A stretch of 63,516 bases of DNA, filler included, from Dimargaris cristalligena (taxonomy: Eukaryota): assembly GCA_003614675.1 (NCBI GenBank). It is 15 parts of 15 records of this genome, joined end to end, with 100 filler letters (N's around TTAATTAATTAA, not from the genome) between each part and the next. Parts side by side here need not be neighbours in the genome. Positions count along the whole stretch, not along the records: positions 21,553 to 25,711 come from ML003823.1; positions 25,812 to 29,957 come from ML003824.1; positions 30,058 to 34,182 come from ML003825.1; 12 more parts are not named here. One strand, 5' to 3'. Shown in pieces: positions 21,973 through 34,282 of this stretch; position 1 is the first letter of the stretch, and each line of letters begins with the position of its first letter. The notes under the pieces were generated by a model. It was not told where the DNA came from, did not search any database, and was given only the letters and a program-made list of their open reading frames with translations. The position numbers and the translations under genes were made by a program.

Positions 21973-23439
21973 TTAAGCCTTACGGCTTCGAGTCCCGCAA
22001 ATGTTGCGGCAGGAAGTCGAGGTACCCCTGGATGGGATGATAGCGGGGCGGTTAGGGTCATGGCAGGCCGAAGACGAAGAGGCTTCGGCCGAGGAAGAGG
22101 CCGTAGTGCCCAGGAACGAACCTTCCGGTCCAATAGAGACGTCCTGGTTCGGAGAGTGACTACCACCACCACTTCTAATCTTGGGTGAAGTGGTAGTAGT
22201 ACCGCTGGGCAGGGCCCGAATCAGGAAATATCCACGGGGCCGGCCGGTCGTTTTATCCAAGGGCTGCATGGCATCGTACAGCGTATCGACCGAAACGAAA
22301 TAACTGGGGTATTTGAACCGGGCGGTATCCAGGACGAGCACGGAGTCCGTGGCGGCGTGGTAGGCACCGATGGGGGAGAAGTGCCCGTCACCGGTTTGCT
22401 GCAGGGTCTTGCGGGCGAAGGAGACGACCATGAACTGGTGAGTACCGGAGCACACCTCCCGAATGTCACGGCGGAATTGGGCGCGGGAGACCTGGTCCCC
22501 CCGGCGGGCGGTGATGTCGCAGTGGTTGACGGCCATGCACTCGAATTGGTCAAAGGTGATGCCGGTGCGCTGGACCACCTCGGGGGAGGCACAGGTTTTG
22601 ATGAGTTCGTCGCTGTACCAGCGCCAACTGCCCTTCCAGGTCTGACCGGGGTCGATCTCCAGGGCGTTGAGCACCATGGCCAACGAACTGGGGCCGCAGT
22701 AGGCGGGTTCCGACTGGGTGGTGAAGTTACCGGCCAGGTTAAAATATCCTTCGGCGGTACCCTGGAGTAGGCTCTCCTTAAAAAGGGCTCGGCCCTTGGC
22801 GGAGGTGAAGGCCGTTAATAGGGGCGGCAATTCACGCCTGTAAAAGGTCTTTCTGGGGAGGGCCAAAGGTGGAGAAGTAGGGGCAGTAGTAGTAGTAGTA
22901 GTAGTAGTAGTAGAAGAAGAAGAAGAAGAAGAAGAAGAAGCGGTAGTGGTGGTGGGAGAGGAAAACGCACCGTCCTTCACCGGCTCTGGTGGGGGAGGGG
23001 GCGGGGCAGCAAAGGCCGTAGCCGGGGAAGAAGAAGGGAAGGCTTCCGGCCAGGTATAGGGGGCTGCCTGGGGGGAAGGCGAAACGGCAGTACCGGCCTT
23101 CGTTACCAGTCCCGGGGGTGGCAGAGGGGCAGAGTAAGAATAAGCATTGGAGGTAGTGGCCAGCGTAGGCCTTGGGGTTTGCGGGCTCGTATGGAGAGTA
23201 CAGCAGAGCCATGGGGCGGTCGAGGGACGGCGGGCAGTGGTTGTTGCCGAGGCACTGGACAAAGCACCCGGGGCGGCAAACGGGGAGAGTTCACGGCCTA
23301 CAGTGGGTGGAGCCAGTGGGCAGCAGGAGGTGGAGAACCGGCACGGCTTGGCTGCGGCGGTTGCACAGGACGAAAACTGGGTGACTGCGGCTCTGCAGTT
23401 ACGAGCTACAGAACAGCTGGGTGAACGAACACATGCCAT
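21973..23439 (-). CDS. PCS: Phytochelatin synthase (488 aa) with a long N-terminal extension
   Basis: TQSEPAYCG (catalytic Cys), WKGSWRWY, GDGHFSPIG (His), LDTARFKYP (Asp). First ATG at 23439. Confidence 0.94.
   Translation of the reverse strand: MACVRSPSCSVARNCRAAVTQFSSCATAAAKPCRFSTSCCPLAPPTVGRELSPFAAPGALSSASATTTARRPSTAPWLCCTLHTSPQTPRPTLATTSNAYSYSAPLPPPGLVTKAGTAVSPSPQAAPYTWPEAFPSSSPATAFAAPPPPPPEPVKDGAFSSPTTTTASSSSSSSSSTTTTTTTTTAPTSPPLALPRKTFYRRELPPLLTAFTSAKGRALFKESLLQGTAEGYFNLAGNFTTQSEPAYCGPSSLAMVLNALEIDPGQTWKGSWRWYSDELIKTCASPEVVQRTGITFDQFECMAVNHCDITARRGDQVSRAQFRRDIREVCSGTHQFMVVSFARKTLQQTGDGHFSPIGAYHAATDSVLVLDTARFKYPSYFVSVDTLYDAMQPLDKTTGRPRGYFLIRALPSGTTTTSPKIRSGGGSHSPNQDVSIGPEGSFLGTTASSSAEASSSSACHDPNRPAIIPSRGTSTSCRNICGTRSRKA
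22885..22940. repeat. Compound coding microsatellite (AGT)9(AGA)9
   Basis: Encodes poly-Ser and poly-Thr tracts just upstream of the PCS catalytic domain. Confidence 0.9.
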
Positions 23440-25811
23440 GGTGGTGAAGTTTAGACTCGGAAAAGCCAATCAAGGGATGGTTAATATAAAAGGGATTACT
23501 AATGGTGTGCGTGGTAAGGTAAGAAAAAAATGGCGGGCTGGTAAAAGAAATGACTGTAGAGAAATATATAAAATAAAAGCTAAAGAAAGACCAAACAACA
23601 ATTCGAGGGAAGCCCACACGTCGCTGAATAATATAGGAAAGGTGGTGGTGTGGTGCGGTTTGGCAGGGTACAGTAATAAAGTCTGCTAGATATGGGCTCA
23701 AATAAGGACAAAAAAAAACCCCCACGGAGTACCGGAATGGGAGGTTCGGCGCACAACAGATTATCCCAACAACTACGTAATCAGGTGGGAAAGTCTGGGA
23801 AAATAAATGAAAGGGTCAGCCAGTAGAGTAAGTCAACAGATAAAAGAGGAGGAGGGTGTGCTTTAGCTACAGCCACATTTTGATTGAGAGGGAGAAACTC
23901 GCTTGGGGCAGTTGGGGGCGTATTTATAAAGGAAGCAGGCAATGGGGGCAGTTCCCAACCACCATTGGAGCTGCCATGTAAAAACAGCAACTCCCCACAG
24001 CATAGCAACAAGATGGTGCTGGAAACAGCGCCAAGGACCAGTCGGGTGACAATACGAGAGATATCTGATAGTCGAATCGCCAATAGCAGTCCTGTTCCAC
24101 CCGGCTCAGCCAATGACTGTAACAAGGCAAAGGGGAGAGGGCACACTAGTAATAACCCCCATCAGCCATGCCCATCAGATAAAACCTCGCCGGAGGCTTA
24201 AACAGGAAGGAGGAGTGTATGTGCATGTGTCATGGTCGAATGGCGGGGCTGAGATGCCTTATTTGAGCTACGCGTGTGGGACGACCGGGTCTATAGGGAG
24301 GAAGACGCGGCGAATCACACGGGCCGGAGGACGTTGAACAGAGTGCGAGATGCAAAGATGAACCGGCAAATCACCTGTCAGCTCTCCCATACATGGGTGC
24401 AGCTGTTTTGTAATGTCGACCGGCGGAATATACTATTTTATTCACACTTCTTCCCGCCATTGGTTTAGCTGAGACCAACGACCATCCGACACCGCCTTAT
24501 CAGATAGCCGGTCTTGCCCTAAACCCAATCGGAACACCCGCTGGCTGGTGGATATTTGGCATGGAGGGGGAAGAACATCATCTCCCCATCTACATTCTCG
24601 TTCGCCCCGTCCATTCACTCAGCACCTCCCCTGGCTGCGTATTTTGACACTCCCTCCTATTCAGTGGCGCCTAAATAGGGTTCTGATATGGCGTGAGTTC
24701 ATCAGATAACCTCTTGGCCAACCCTACTCTTTTAGACCAGCCCGGCAGGCAAGAGGTGCATTGGAATGGAATGGAGTCCAATAGCGAGAGGGTGAAGGAA
24801 GTGGAAGAATCCTCCCAGTATGGAATAATAATACTATTAAGGTAATAGTGTGAATCCTACGCTGCTAATTTCCCACCAATATATATCTGCTTTGTAGTAG
24901 ATTCTTCCACTTAACACCAGGCTAATATGGTTCGGCAACGCTGTATGGTTACGTGGGCGAGTAATGCCAGGGTAGGGTGTACTGAGCTATGGCAGGAGAA
25001 CCATGGAACTTCGCCGTGGCGGCTTTTTTTTTAGGCTGCGTTTCAGGAGGATTAAAATAGTATGAGCGCATCTTGTGTCTAGTAGTCCGTATTTAGGTAC
25101 TTGTTCATGTGATGGGGGCCGGTTGTATAAACCCGGCCCGTAGTGTATCCAAATGCAACAAGAACTACACCCCTTTTTATTTTGCACTACCGCGTGGCCT
25201 GTGTGTGCGTGAGTCCCTTTGGGGGGATTCCGCACTTGAACATAGCTCATTGGTGAATTTACACGAAAGTAGCCCAACCCCCGTTTAAATTATACCACCA
25301 GGGACCACGGGGGTACGCTACTGGCCCCATCAACCCGTGGTGGTATATTATGGGCCCACATTTTCTAGAACTGGCTAGTTAGATAATGGTTTATTATGTA
25401 GTACTGCCAACCGCCTCAATCTAAACTATTTCATAGGTAGCAGAGCTGCCGCGACGGGTCGGCCCTCCTCTGTTAATAGCCCGTGGTTGGAAAAGGCGTT
25501 CCTCTAATAATTGGAATGCAATGAATGTGGTTTGGTTTAGAAATAGGCCAGAGGTAGTGGTGGTGAGTTTATCAAATCAGCTCGGTCAAAGACGCAGATA
25601 GATACCACACCCATTTCTTCTTAGGTACTGGTAGTACACATCATCAAGTGAATTCCCCGCGTCAATACATTTACCTCACCCCCCCCCCCCCCCGTTTTTA
25701 TATTTTTTTTTNNNNNNNNNNNNNNNNNNNNNNNNNNNNNNNNNNNNNNNNNNNNTTAATTAATTAANNNNNNNNNNNNNNNNNNNNNNNNNNNNNNNNN
25801 NNNNNNNNNNN

Positions 25812-28800
25812 TTACTGACCAGGTTCGAGATATCGCGTCCGTCTGTACGGCCGTGGCCCGGGGTGATCTCAAACAAAAAATTAAGGTTACAGCGCGAGGT
25901 GAACTCGACGATATGAAGGTCACTATCAACACTATGGTCGATCAGCTTTCCACGTTTGCTTCCGAAGTGACTCGAGTTGCCAGAGAAGTCGGTACGGAGG
26001 GCCAGCTCGGCGGCCAGGCCACAGTCGAAGACGTGGACGGAACCTGGAAAGATCTTACCGACAACGTCAACATGATGGCCTCCAACCTTACTGACCAGGT
26101 CCGTGATATTGCTTCAGTTTGTACGGCCGTGGCTCGCGGCGATTTGAAGCAGAAAATTAAGGTCACTGCCAGGGGCGAACTCGACGAAATGAAGGTTACC
26201 ATTAATACCATGGTAGACCAGCTTCAGACTTTTGCCTCTGAGGTCACTCGTGTAGCCCGCGAGGTGGGCACTGAAGGTATCCTCGGTGGGCAGGCGACGG
26301 TCGATGGCGTCGACGGTACTTGGAAGGACCTCACCGATAACGTGAACATGATGGCCTCTAACCTTACCGACCAAGTTCGAGACATCGCTTCGGTATGTAC
26401 GGCCGTGGCCCGCGGTGACCTCAAGCAGAAGATCAAGGTTACTGCCCGAGGTGAACTCGACGAGATGAAGGTCACTATTAATACCATGGTGGATCAGTTG
26501 CAAACATTCGCGTCCGAAGTAACTCGTGTAGCTCGCGAAGTGGGTACTGAAGGCATTCTCGGCGGTCAGGCGACGGTCGATGGCGTCGATGGAACTTGGA
26601 AGGACCTCACCGATAACGTGAACATGATGGCCGCCAATCTAACCGATCAAGTCCGTGACATCGCTTCGGTATGTACCGCCGTGGCCCGTGGCGATTTGAA
26701 TCAGAAGATTAAAGTTACCGCCCGGGGTGAGCTCGATGACATGAAGGTCACCATCAATACCATGGTCGATCAATTATCCACGTTTGCCTCCGAAGTTACT
26801 CGAGTGGCTCGTGAGGTCGGTACTGAAGGCCGGCTGGGAGGCCAAGCGACGGTCGAGGACGTGGATGGAACATGGAAGGATCTTACCGACAACGTCAACA
26901 TGATGGCGTTGAACCTTACATCGCAGGTTCGTGACATTGCCCGTGTATGTACCGCCGTTGCCCGCGGCGACCTTAACCAGAAGATCAAGGTGACAGCCAG
27001 CGGTGAGCTCGCCGATCTCAAGACGACCATGAATATCATGGTAGACCAGCTGCAAACCTTTGCTTCCGAAGTCACCCGTGTCGCCCGAGAAGTCGGAACC
27101 GAGGGCCAATTAGGTGGTCAAGCTACCGTCGTAGGTGTCGATGGTACGTGGAAAGACCTGACTGATAATGTCAACATGATGGCTCTCAATCTTACGGACC
27201 AGGTGCGAGATATTGCTAGGGTGTGTACGGCGGTGGCCAGTGGTAATCTCACTCAGAAAGTCATGGTCACAGTCAGTGGTGAACTGCTCGAGCTCAAAGA
27301 TACCATCAATACCATGGTGGACCAGTTATCTACCTTCGCCCTTGAAGTAACTCGAGTCGCCCGTGAGGTCGGAACCAAGGGTAAATTAGGAGGCCAAGCT
27401 CACGTCGACGGGGTAGATGGCACCTGGAAAGATCTCACCGATAACGTCAACATCATGGCTTCTAATCTTACTGATCAAGTACGAGATATTGCGCGTGTTT
27501 GTAAGGCGGTGGCTCAGGGCGACTTAAACCAGCAGATCAAGGTCACCGCCCATGGCGAGTTAGAGGAAATGAAGTACACCATTAACACCATGGTGGCCCA
27601 GCTGTCTACATTTGCCTCCGAGGTCACACGTGTTGCCCGCGAAGTTGGAACTGAGGGTCGTCTTGGCGGTCAAGCCACCGTTGTTGGTGTCGATGGCACT
27701 TGGAAAGATCTTACCGATAATGTCAACATGATGGCTCTCAATCTAACGGACCAGGTGCGAGACATTGCCCGAGTGTGCAAGGCTGTCGCCAAGGGTGACC
27801 TTAACCAGCAAATTAAGGTGACCGCCAGCGGGGAACTGCAGGATCTCAAAACGACCATCAATACTATGGTGGACCAGTTACAGACGTTCGCTTCCGAAGT
27901 AACTCGTGTAGCCCGCGAAGTGGGCACTGAAGGCATTCTCGGCGGTCAAGCGACGGTCGACGGCGTCGACGGAACTTGGAAGGATCTCACCGATAACGTC
28001 AACATGATGGCATCCAATTTGACGGACCAGGTTCGAGACATTGCTTCCGTGTGTACGGCAGTAGCTCGTGGTGACTTGAAACAAAAGATCAAGGTTACAG
28101 CACGAGGTGAACTCGACGATATGAAGGTCACCATCAATACCATGGTGGACCAATTATCGACGTTCGCTTCCGAAGTGACTCGAGTTGCTCGTGAAGTTGG
28201 TACCGAAGGCCAACTCGGTGGCCAGGCGACGGTCGAAGACGTGGACGGAACTTGGAAGGATCTGACCGACAATGTCAATATGATGGCTTCGAATCTTACC
28301 GATCAAGTTCGAGATATCGCGTCCGTCTGTACGGCTGTGGCTCGCGGCGACCTCAAGCAGAAAATCAAGGTTACAGCGCGAGGCGAACTCGATGATATGA
28401 AAGTCACTATTAATACCATGGTGGATCAGTTGCAAACGTTCGCCTCTGAGGTCACGCGTGTAGCCCGCGAGGTTGGTACTGAAGGAATCCTCGGTGGGCA
28501 GGCTACAGTCGATGGCGTCGACGGGACTTGGAAGGACCTCACTGATAACGTGAACATGATGGCAGCCAATTTGACGGATCAGGTTCGAGACATCGCTTCC
28601 GTCTGTACAGCTGTGGCCCGCGGTGACCTCAAACAAAAGATCAAGGTCACCGCCCGGGGCGAACTCGACGAAATGAAGGTCACTATCAACACCATGGTCG
28701 ATCAACTTTCCACTTTTGCTTCTGAGGTTACCCGTGTCGCCCGCGAGGTCGGTACGGAGGGCCAGCTCGGCGGCCAAGCCACCGTCATTGGTGTTGATGG

Positions 28801-29957
28801 TACGTGGAAGGATCTTACCGACAATGTCAATATGATGGCTTCGAATCTTACTGATCAGGTTCGCGATATCGCCTCCGTCTGTACCGCTGTGGCTCGCGGT
28901 GACCTCAAGCAGAAAATTAAGGTCACGGCCCGCGGTGAACTCGACGATCTTAAGACTACGATGAATACTATGGTGGACCAGCTGTCAACGTTCGCATCGG
29001 AGGTGACTCGAGTGGCTCGGGAGGTCGGTACGGAGGGTCGTCTAGGCGGCCAGGCCACCGTGGCCGACGTAGACGGTATCTGGAAAGACCTGACCGAGAG
29101 CGTCAATATGATGGCTCTAAATCTCACTTCCCAGGTACGAGATATCGCCCGAGTATGTACCGCCGTTGCCCGAGGTGACCTGAACCAGAAAATCAAGGTC
29201 ACCGCCAGCGGGGAGCTAGCCGACCTAAAAACCACGATGAATACCATGGTGGATCAGCTACAAACGTTTGCGTCCGAGGTAACCCGAGTCGCCCGCGAGG
29301 TCGGTACGGAGGGCCAATTGGGAGGGCAAGCGACGGTTGCAGATGTGGACGGGACATGGAAGGAGCTCACCGATAATGTCAACGGCATGGCCCAGAATCT
29401 TACCAATCAGGTGCGCGATATTACGTTTGTCTGTAAGGCCGTGGCCCGCGGTAACCTTGAAAGCTTTGTGACCGTTGACGTGCAGGGAGAAATGCTTGAT
29501 CTCAAAGACACTATCAACGGGATGGTGTCCCAGCTTCGCAACTTTGCGCTAGAGGTCACCAAAGTCGCCCTCGAGGTCGGCATGCAAGGTAAACTCGGGG
29601 GCCAGGCGAATGTCATTGGTGTTGACGGGGTGTGGAAAGAACTCACCGACAATGTGAACACCATGGCGTCCAATCTTACCACCCAAGTGCGATCCATCGC
29701 CGCTGTCACGAAAGCTGTCGCTAAGGGTGACATGACCCAAAAGATTGTCGTCGATGTCAAGGGCGAACTCAATGAGCTCAAAATGACGGTCAATTCCATG
29801 GTGGATAAACTACGAACGTTTGCCACGGAAGTAACCAGGGTCGCGCGCGAGGTCGGTACCGAAGGTAGACTGGGTGGGCAGGCCACGGTCGAAGACGTCG
29901 ACGGTATCTGGCGCGAGCTAACCAACAACGTGAATATCATGGCCTCCAATCTTACCG
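25812..29957 (+). CDS. NIK1: Poly-HAMP region of a group III hybrid histidine kinase (NIK1/Os-1-like), partial at both ends
   Basis: The entire contig is one open frame of 15 tandem 92-aa units ([37 protein letters not shown]). Kinase and receiver domains are outside the contig. Confidence 0.88.
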
Positions 29958-30057
29958 NNNNNNNNNNNNNNNNNNNNNNNNNNNNNNNNNNNNNNNNNNN
30001 NTTAATTAATTAANNNNNNNNNNNNNNNNNNNNNNNNNNNNNNNNNNNNNNNNNNNN

Positions 30058-30447
30058 AACCCCCTCGAACCCAGCAAAGTCCAACACTCCACATTATATG
30101 ACGAAATATGGTGAGCCGTCTAGTGGAAAGAAACCGGAGGTTCCCCCTCCTGTCGACTCTCCCAAAGGCATGCCAGTGGAGTCCCTCAAATCATTGGCAA
30201 CACAGCAGGCACCTCCTAATACTTTTTTCAACTGGAGGCTGGGTTGTTGGCCTGGCCACAATCAGCCTTGGAGAGCTCATGGCTGGTTAAAGGTGGGGTA
30301 ATCCCTCAGGGCAAATGAGGGATATCCATTGGCACCCCACTGGGGATGGCTGATTTGAATTTCAGCCTGCATTGTTGCAGGGTGTAGCAGGTCTGTTTTT
30401 GTACAGACAGCTGCCAAGAAGAGAATAAATGGCCATGATATGGCCAT
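30058..30447 (-). pseudogene. Probable decayed secreted-protein gene
   Basis: ATG 30447 gives MAISWPFILFLAAVCT (signal-peptide-like). The frame continues through two TGA codons in CpG-depleted sequence. Confidence 0.35.
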
Positions 30448-30758
30448 TGGAAATGAGATTGAAGAGGGGGGCAATGAGAGAGAATCACAGAAAAAAGAGG
30501 TAGAGAAGTGACAAATATGGTGCTTGGGGAGTAATGGAGATGGAAAGTATGCCTAGTGTATAAAATTGATGTAGTGATTCTGGGGATGAAAGTTGTTAGT
30601 ATTTAAACAATTTAATACTGGTAATTTTATTAATCATATACTGTGTCAGTACCCAACTATCTCTATAAAGTGAATAGTAGTCATGTGTTCATTCTAATAC
30701 TTTCATGAGGAAACTATACCCCCATACTCCCTTTGTTGTCTATAAAAATGGCTTCATG

Positions 30759-31493
30759 TGTAGTGCCATCCAGAGGTTGGCACTTATCCCCAGACTATGG
30801 ACAGCCAGTCCTCATTGTCAGAGGGCGGAATATACCATGGTATGCAATGGCAGTATCATTCCCATCATTTACCCACAAAAAAATACCGCCTATACTGTGG
30901 TACCCACAAAAAACTAACAAAATATTATTCATTTCTTTATACTTGTGGTTTGCATTAAAAAGCCCACCATCCTTCCTTGCATCTAAAAGTCTAACCTATT
31001 TTTTGGTGAATTCCTTATCATTCCATTTCATTCTATTCTTGACCTTTTTCTACATCCCTTTCCTTATATCCAGTGGCCCCTAAGGCCCACAGGATGGTTA
31101 TATAAGTAACCAGTAAATTCCCACTTATTTGGAATAACAATCATTACCCACTCTGAGTTTTCAAACTCATTTCTAATATTCCCTGAACTTGATGATGACT
31201 TTTTTATTGATTATTAATTACCAATTCCATTGTGCTATTATTTCTCAATAAACTTTGACACTCCTTGTTTATCCCCCCTAATCCCCATCTGGTTTACTAA
31301 TCACCTGCCCCTCTGTGCCCCCAACATGATGACACCCAACTCTGCCCCTGTCTCATCTAACTCCACAAACCTCCCATCTTCTGCCACCAGGGAGCTGGTC
31401 ACCGTAACTTCAGGCCATACTGATAAGGAGGCTGCTGCCTCCTCACAAAACCCAAAGGCCACTGACAATAGGCCAGACCTCCCAGGTAGTACA
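30759..31493 (+). mobile_element. Solo LTR family B (735 bp), TSD CATG
   Basis: TGTAGTGCC...GGTAGTACA termini. CATG at 30755-30758 and 31494-31497. Homologous to 45244-46003. Confidence 0.88.
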
Positions 31494-32547
31494 CATGGGT
31501 GTCTATTGTAATCAAAGTAGCTACAAGACAATTGTCATTGGACTATAGTTGGGAATAATGCATAGGTGATATGGCCCAAGGCACTTCCTGCAGTACCTGG
31601 TCCTGGGATAGGCTACGACCAATGCTATTAACTGAAGACTTCCACATAATATTTTCAAGACGACAATACAGATAAGTGTCCTGATTTTCCAGGTCTGTTT
31701 TAGCCTGAGGATCATTGGACTAGCTGTGATGGCTAGACCCTTCATTGTTGCCTGCTACATGCCCTGTTGGGGTAAATGAATCCTCATGTTGGCCATTGTA
31801 ATATACTGCTGATAGCTCCAGTTAAATCATGTCAGTCCCACTTAACCACCAACCAGATTATCGGTTTGTCATAGCATAGCCACAGCTGAATGCAGCTGCA
31901 CCCCTAATAGGAAAGGAAAAACTTTCTGGACTTTGGCCATGGAATTAGACCTATGGGTTGACCATAACTAATTGATACTCGTTCAAGTTAAATTGTGATT
32001 GGACATGTTAATTAAATCACTGACCATTTACTTTTGGTATTGGTGGAGACTGGGGAGCGGAATGGTAAGTCTGGATGGTCCATAATCTAATGGCTGTGTC
32101 ATGCTTTCATAAATTCAATGGTTAGCTGGTGTAGCCAGAGTAATATTCGCATTACTGTAGTCACCATGATTCTTCTGAGTGCTCCTACTGCTTTTGGGCT
32201 GCAGGTGCACACAGGCAGGCTTCATTAGTTGGGTAGAAGTCACCCTCCTTTGTTGTCCCATGGCTTTGCCGCCTTCCTAGACCGCAGGGTGCTTACGAGA
32301 ATAATGGTTGGGTATAAGATTGATATTTACCAGATAATAGGGTGATATTAAAGTTGAAGGAGCGAATGATGAAAAAGTTCCTTAGTCTATAATGTAATAA
32401 TTAGATCTAAACTCATGGAATGGCTTGTTTGGTGTCTCCAGTCTAGAAGGACATTATTGCAGGCCGCTACCATGGTATATTTCTAGCACTATTATCGTAC
32501 AGGTGAAATCCAACCCAATTACATGCAGATTTAAGTGACATGTATAT

Positions 32548-32683
32548 GGGTGAACTTCGACCCGGTTGTATAGGGTCTTAACTGATATATGTAGGGGATA
32601 ATAAGCGGGAAATTCATTTTCAACTAGTGATGTTTGCCTCATCCAATGAATTTTTCGTTATATAGCCTGTTTAAACTTATCCC
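32548..32683. mobile_element. MITE, 136-bp family
   Basis: ATAT-GGGTGAACTTC...AAACTTATCCC-AGAT. Same length and internal sequence as the other copies. Confidence 0.75.
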
Positions 32684-33283
32684 AGATATTTCGTAATACA
32701 GCCTCATTGGACCACTTCCATATTTATATATTGGTTCATATAATCCATTTGGAATACATATGTAGCTTATCTTGTATAAACTTGTTAGGAAGGTAAATTC
32801 GATGGGTAAATGCAAGTGCCTTCAAATGCATCTATAAACATTTAAAGAAGAGAGAAAGAATCGCAAGGGGCAAAGCTAGGTGCCCGCTGTTGGTTTTATT
32901 GAGTTGGATAATATTAGTAATAGTGATATAAACGTTCCGAGTATAGGATATTATATTCATTGATAGAATATAATCCTGAGTATAGGGTGAGCCAATCAGA
33001 GAGATAGAATCGGTGGGACGGGAGTAATGAATTTCTAACAGATGCAATTGTATTGGCGAGGTCTAGGGATCCAGAAGGGTTCGAAGTGACCCTGCCGGGT
33101 TACGAGGTACCGGACCGCGACAGAGAGATCAGCCCGAACAACCGACCCATCGGTGAGCGGGAGCGGGATGGCAGCGGAGACGGTGATTGCTGTCGGAGAT
33201 GCAATGTGTAGGCGCTAAGGGTGAAACGCGGATAACAGAATTCAGGTAACGAATTAAAACCAAATAAATGATCTGTTTAGGTC

Positions 33284-33311
33284 AGGATAGGATAGGATAG
33301 GATAGGATAGG
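33284..33311. repeat. (AGGAT)5 microsatellite
   Basis: Read directly from the sequence. Confidence 0.85.
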
Positions 33312-34282
33312 CGTAATTACGGACCATAGCCCCTTATGATTTCGCTCTCGATGGTTCACTATAAAAAACAATCGGTCAATAATTTAGTTAAAAAGAGGAT
33401 TTATTCAGTAATAATGGCTTGGTAAGGTATTCACCATGATATAGGCTAGTTCGCGCTCACCAAGTTGGGGTTAAAAATGGTGAGCTGTAATACTCGAACG
33501 GCAGGACTAAGAATGAACAGCTTTGTTGATGCCCATGCGGTCACTGGCGAATAGTTCACTGACATTGACCATGCTCCACTCTCGCTTCACCTTTTCTCGT
33601 TAGTGGAGTCGTCTCCTCCCAACGTTTCAGTGCCAACGATTGGCTTAGCCAGGTGGGGCCGATGGTGACATCTGTTTTGCCGCAATATATATATATATAT
33701 ATTTGGAATTGATTCAATCACAATAAAATCGATAAAAAAATAGGCCCCTCTTCAATCCTGCACTTGGCAGTAATACACGATCATGCGATATTAATAGGAA
33801 AAGGTCGCCACCTGTTGGAGTGGGGCTCTGGTCGACATATTATTACATGATATTCGCCCATTGACAACGTAATTTATCAGAGAAGTAACCTTGTCAAATT
33901 AATCCCAGCAATATATTAGATGATAGAAATAAATTTTTACGGGCTGCGTTATCTTCAATAAACACATTAGCTAAAACTATTTTATTAATAATGTTTCAGT
34001 GTTATAGATACATAAAAGTTAAGCCAGCTGTTTTACATCAAGACCAAGCTGGTACAGCCATTAGTAAAATAGACAGTGGAAAAGGAATGGGGCTTTAAAA
34101 TAAATAAAATAATATTAAATATATTACAATCATTTAATCATATCAAGAAGTCGATTAGAAGACACTCGTAGATTAACACATGNNNNNNNNNNNNNNNNNN
34201 NNNNNNNNNNNNNNNNNNNNNNNNNNTTAATTAATTAANNNNNNNNNNNNNNNNNNNNNNNNNNNNNNNNNNNNNNNNNNNN

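Noticed and set aside
25942-29949. Many minus-strand ORFs over the HAMP gene
   Set aside because: Antisense shadows of a repetitive coding frame.
33030-33675. GC-rich patches that look like minus-strand exons
   Set aside because: I could not build a consistent reading frame or recognise a product.
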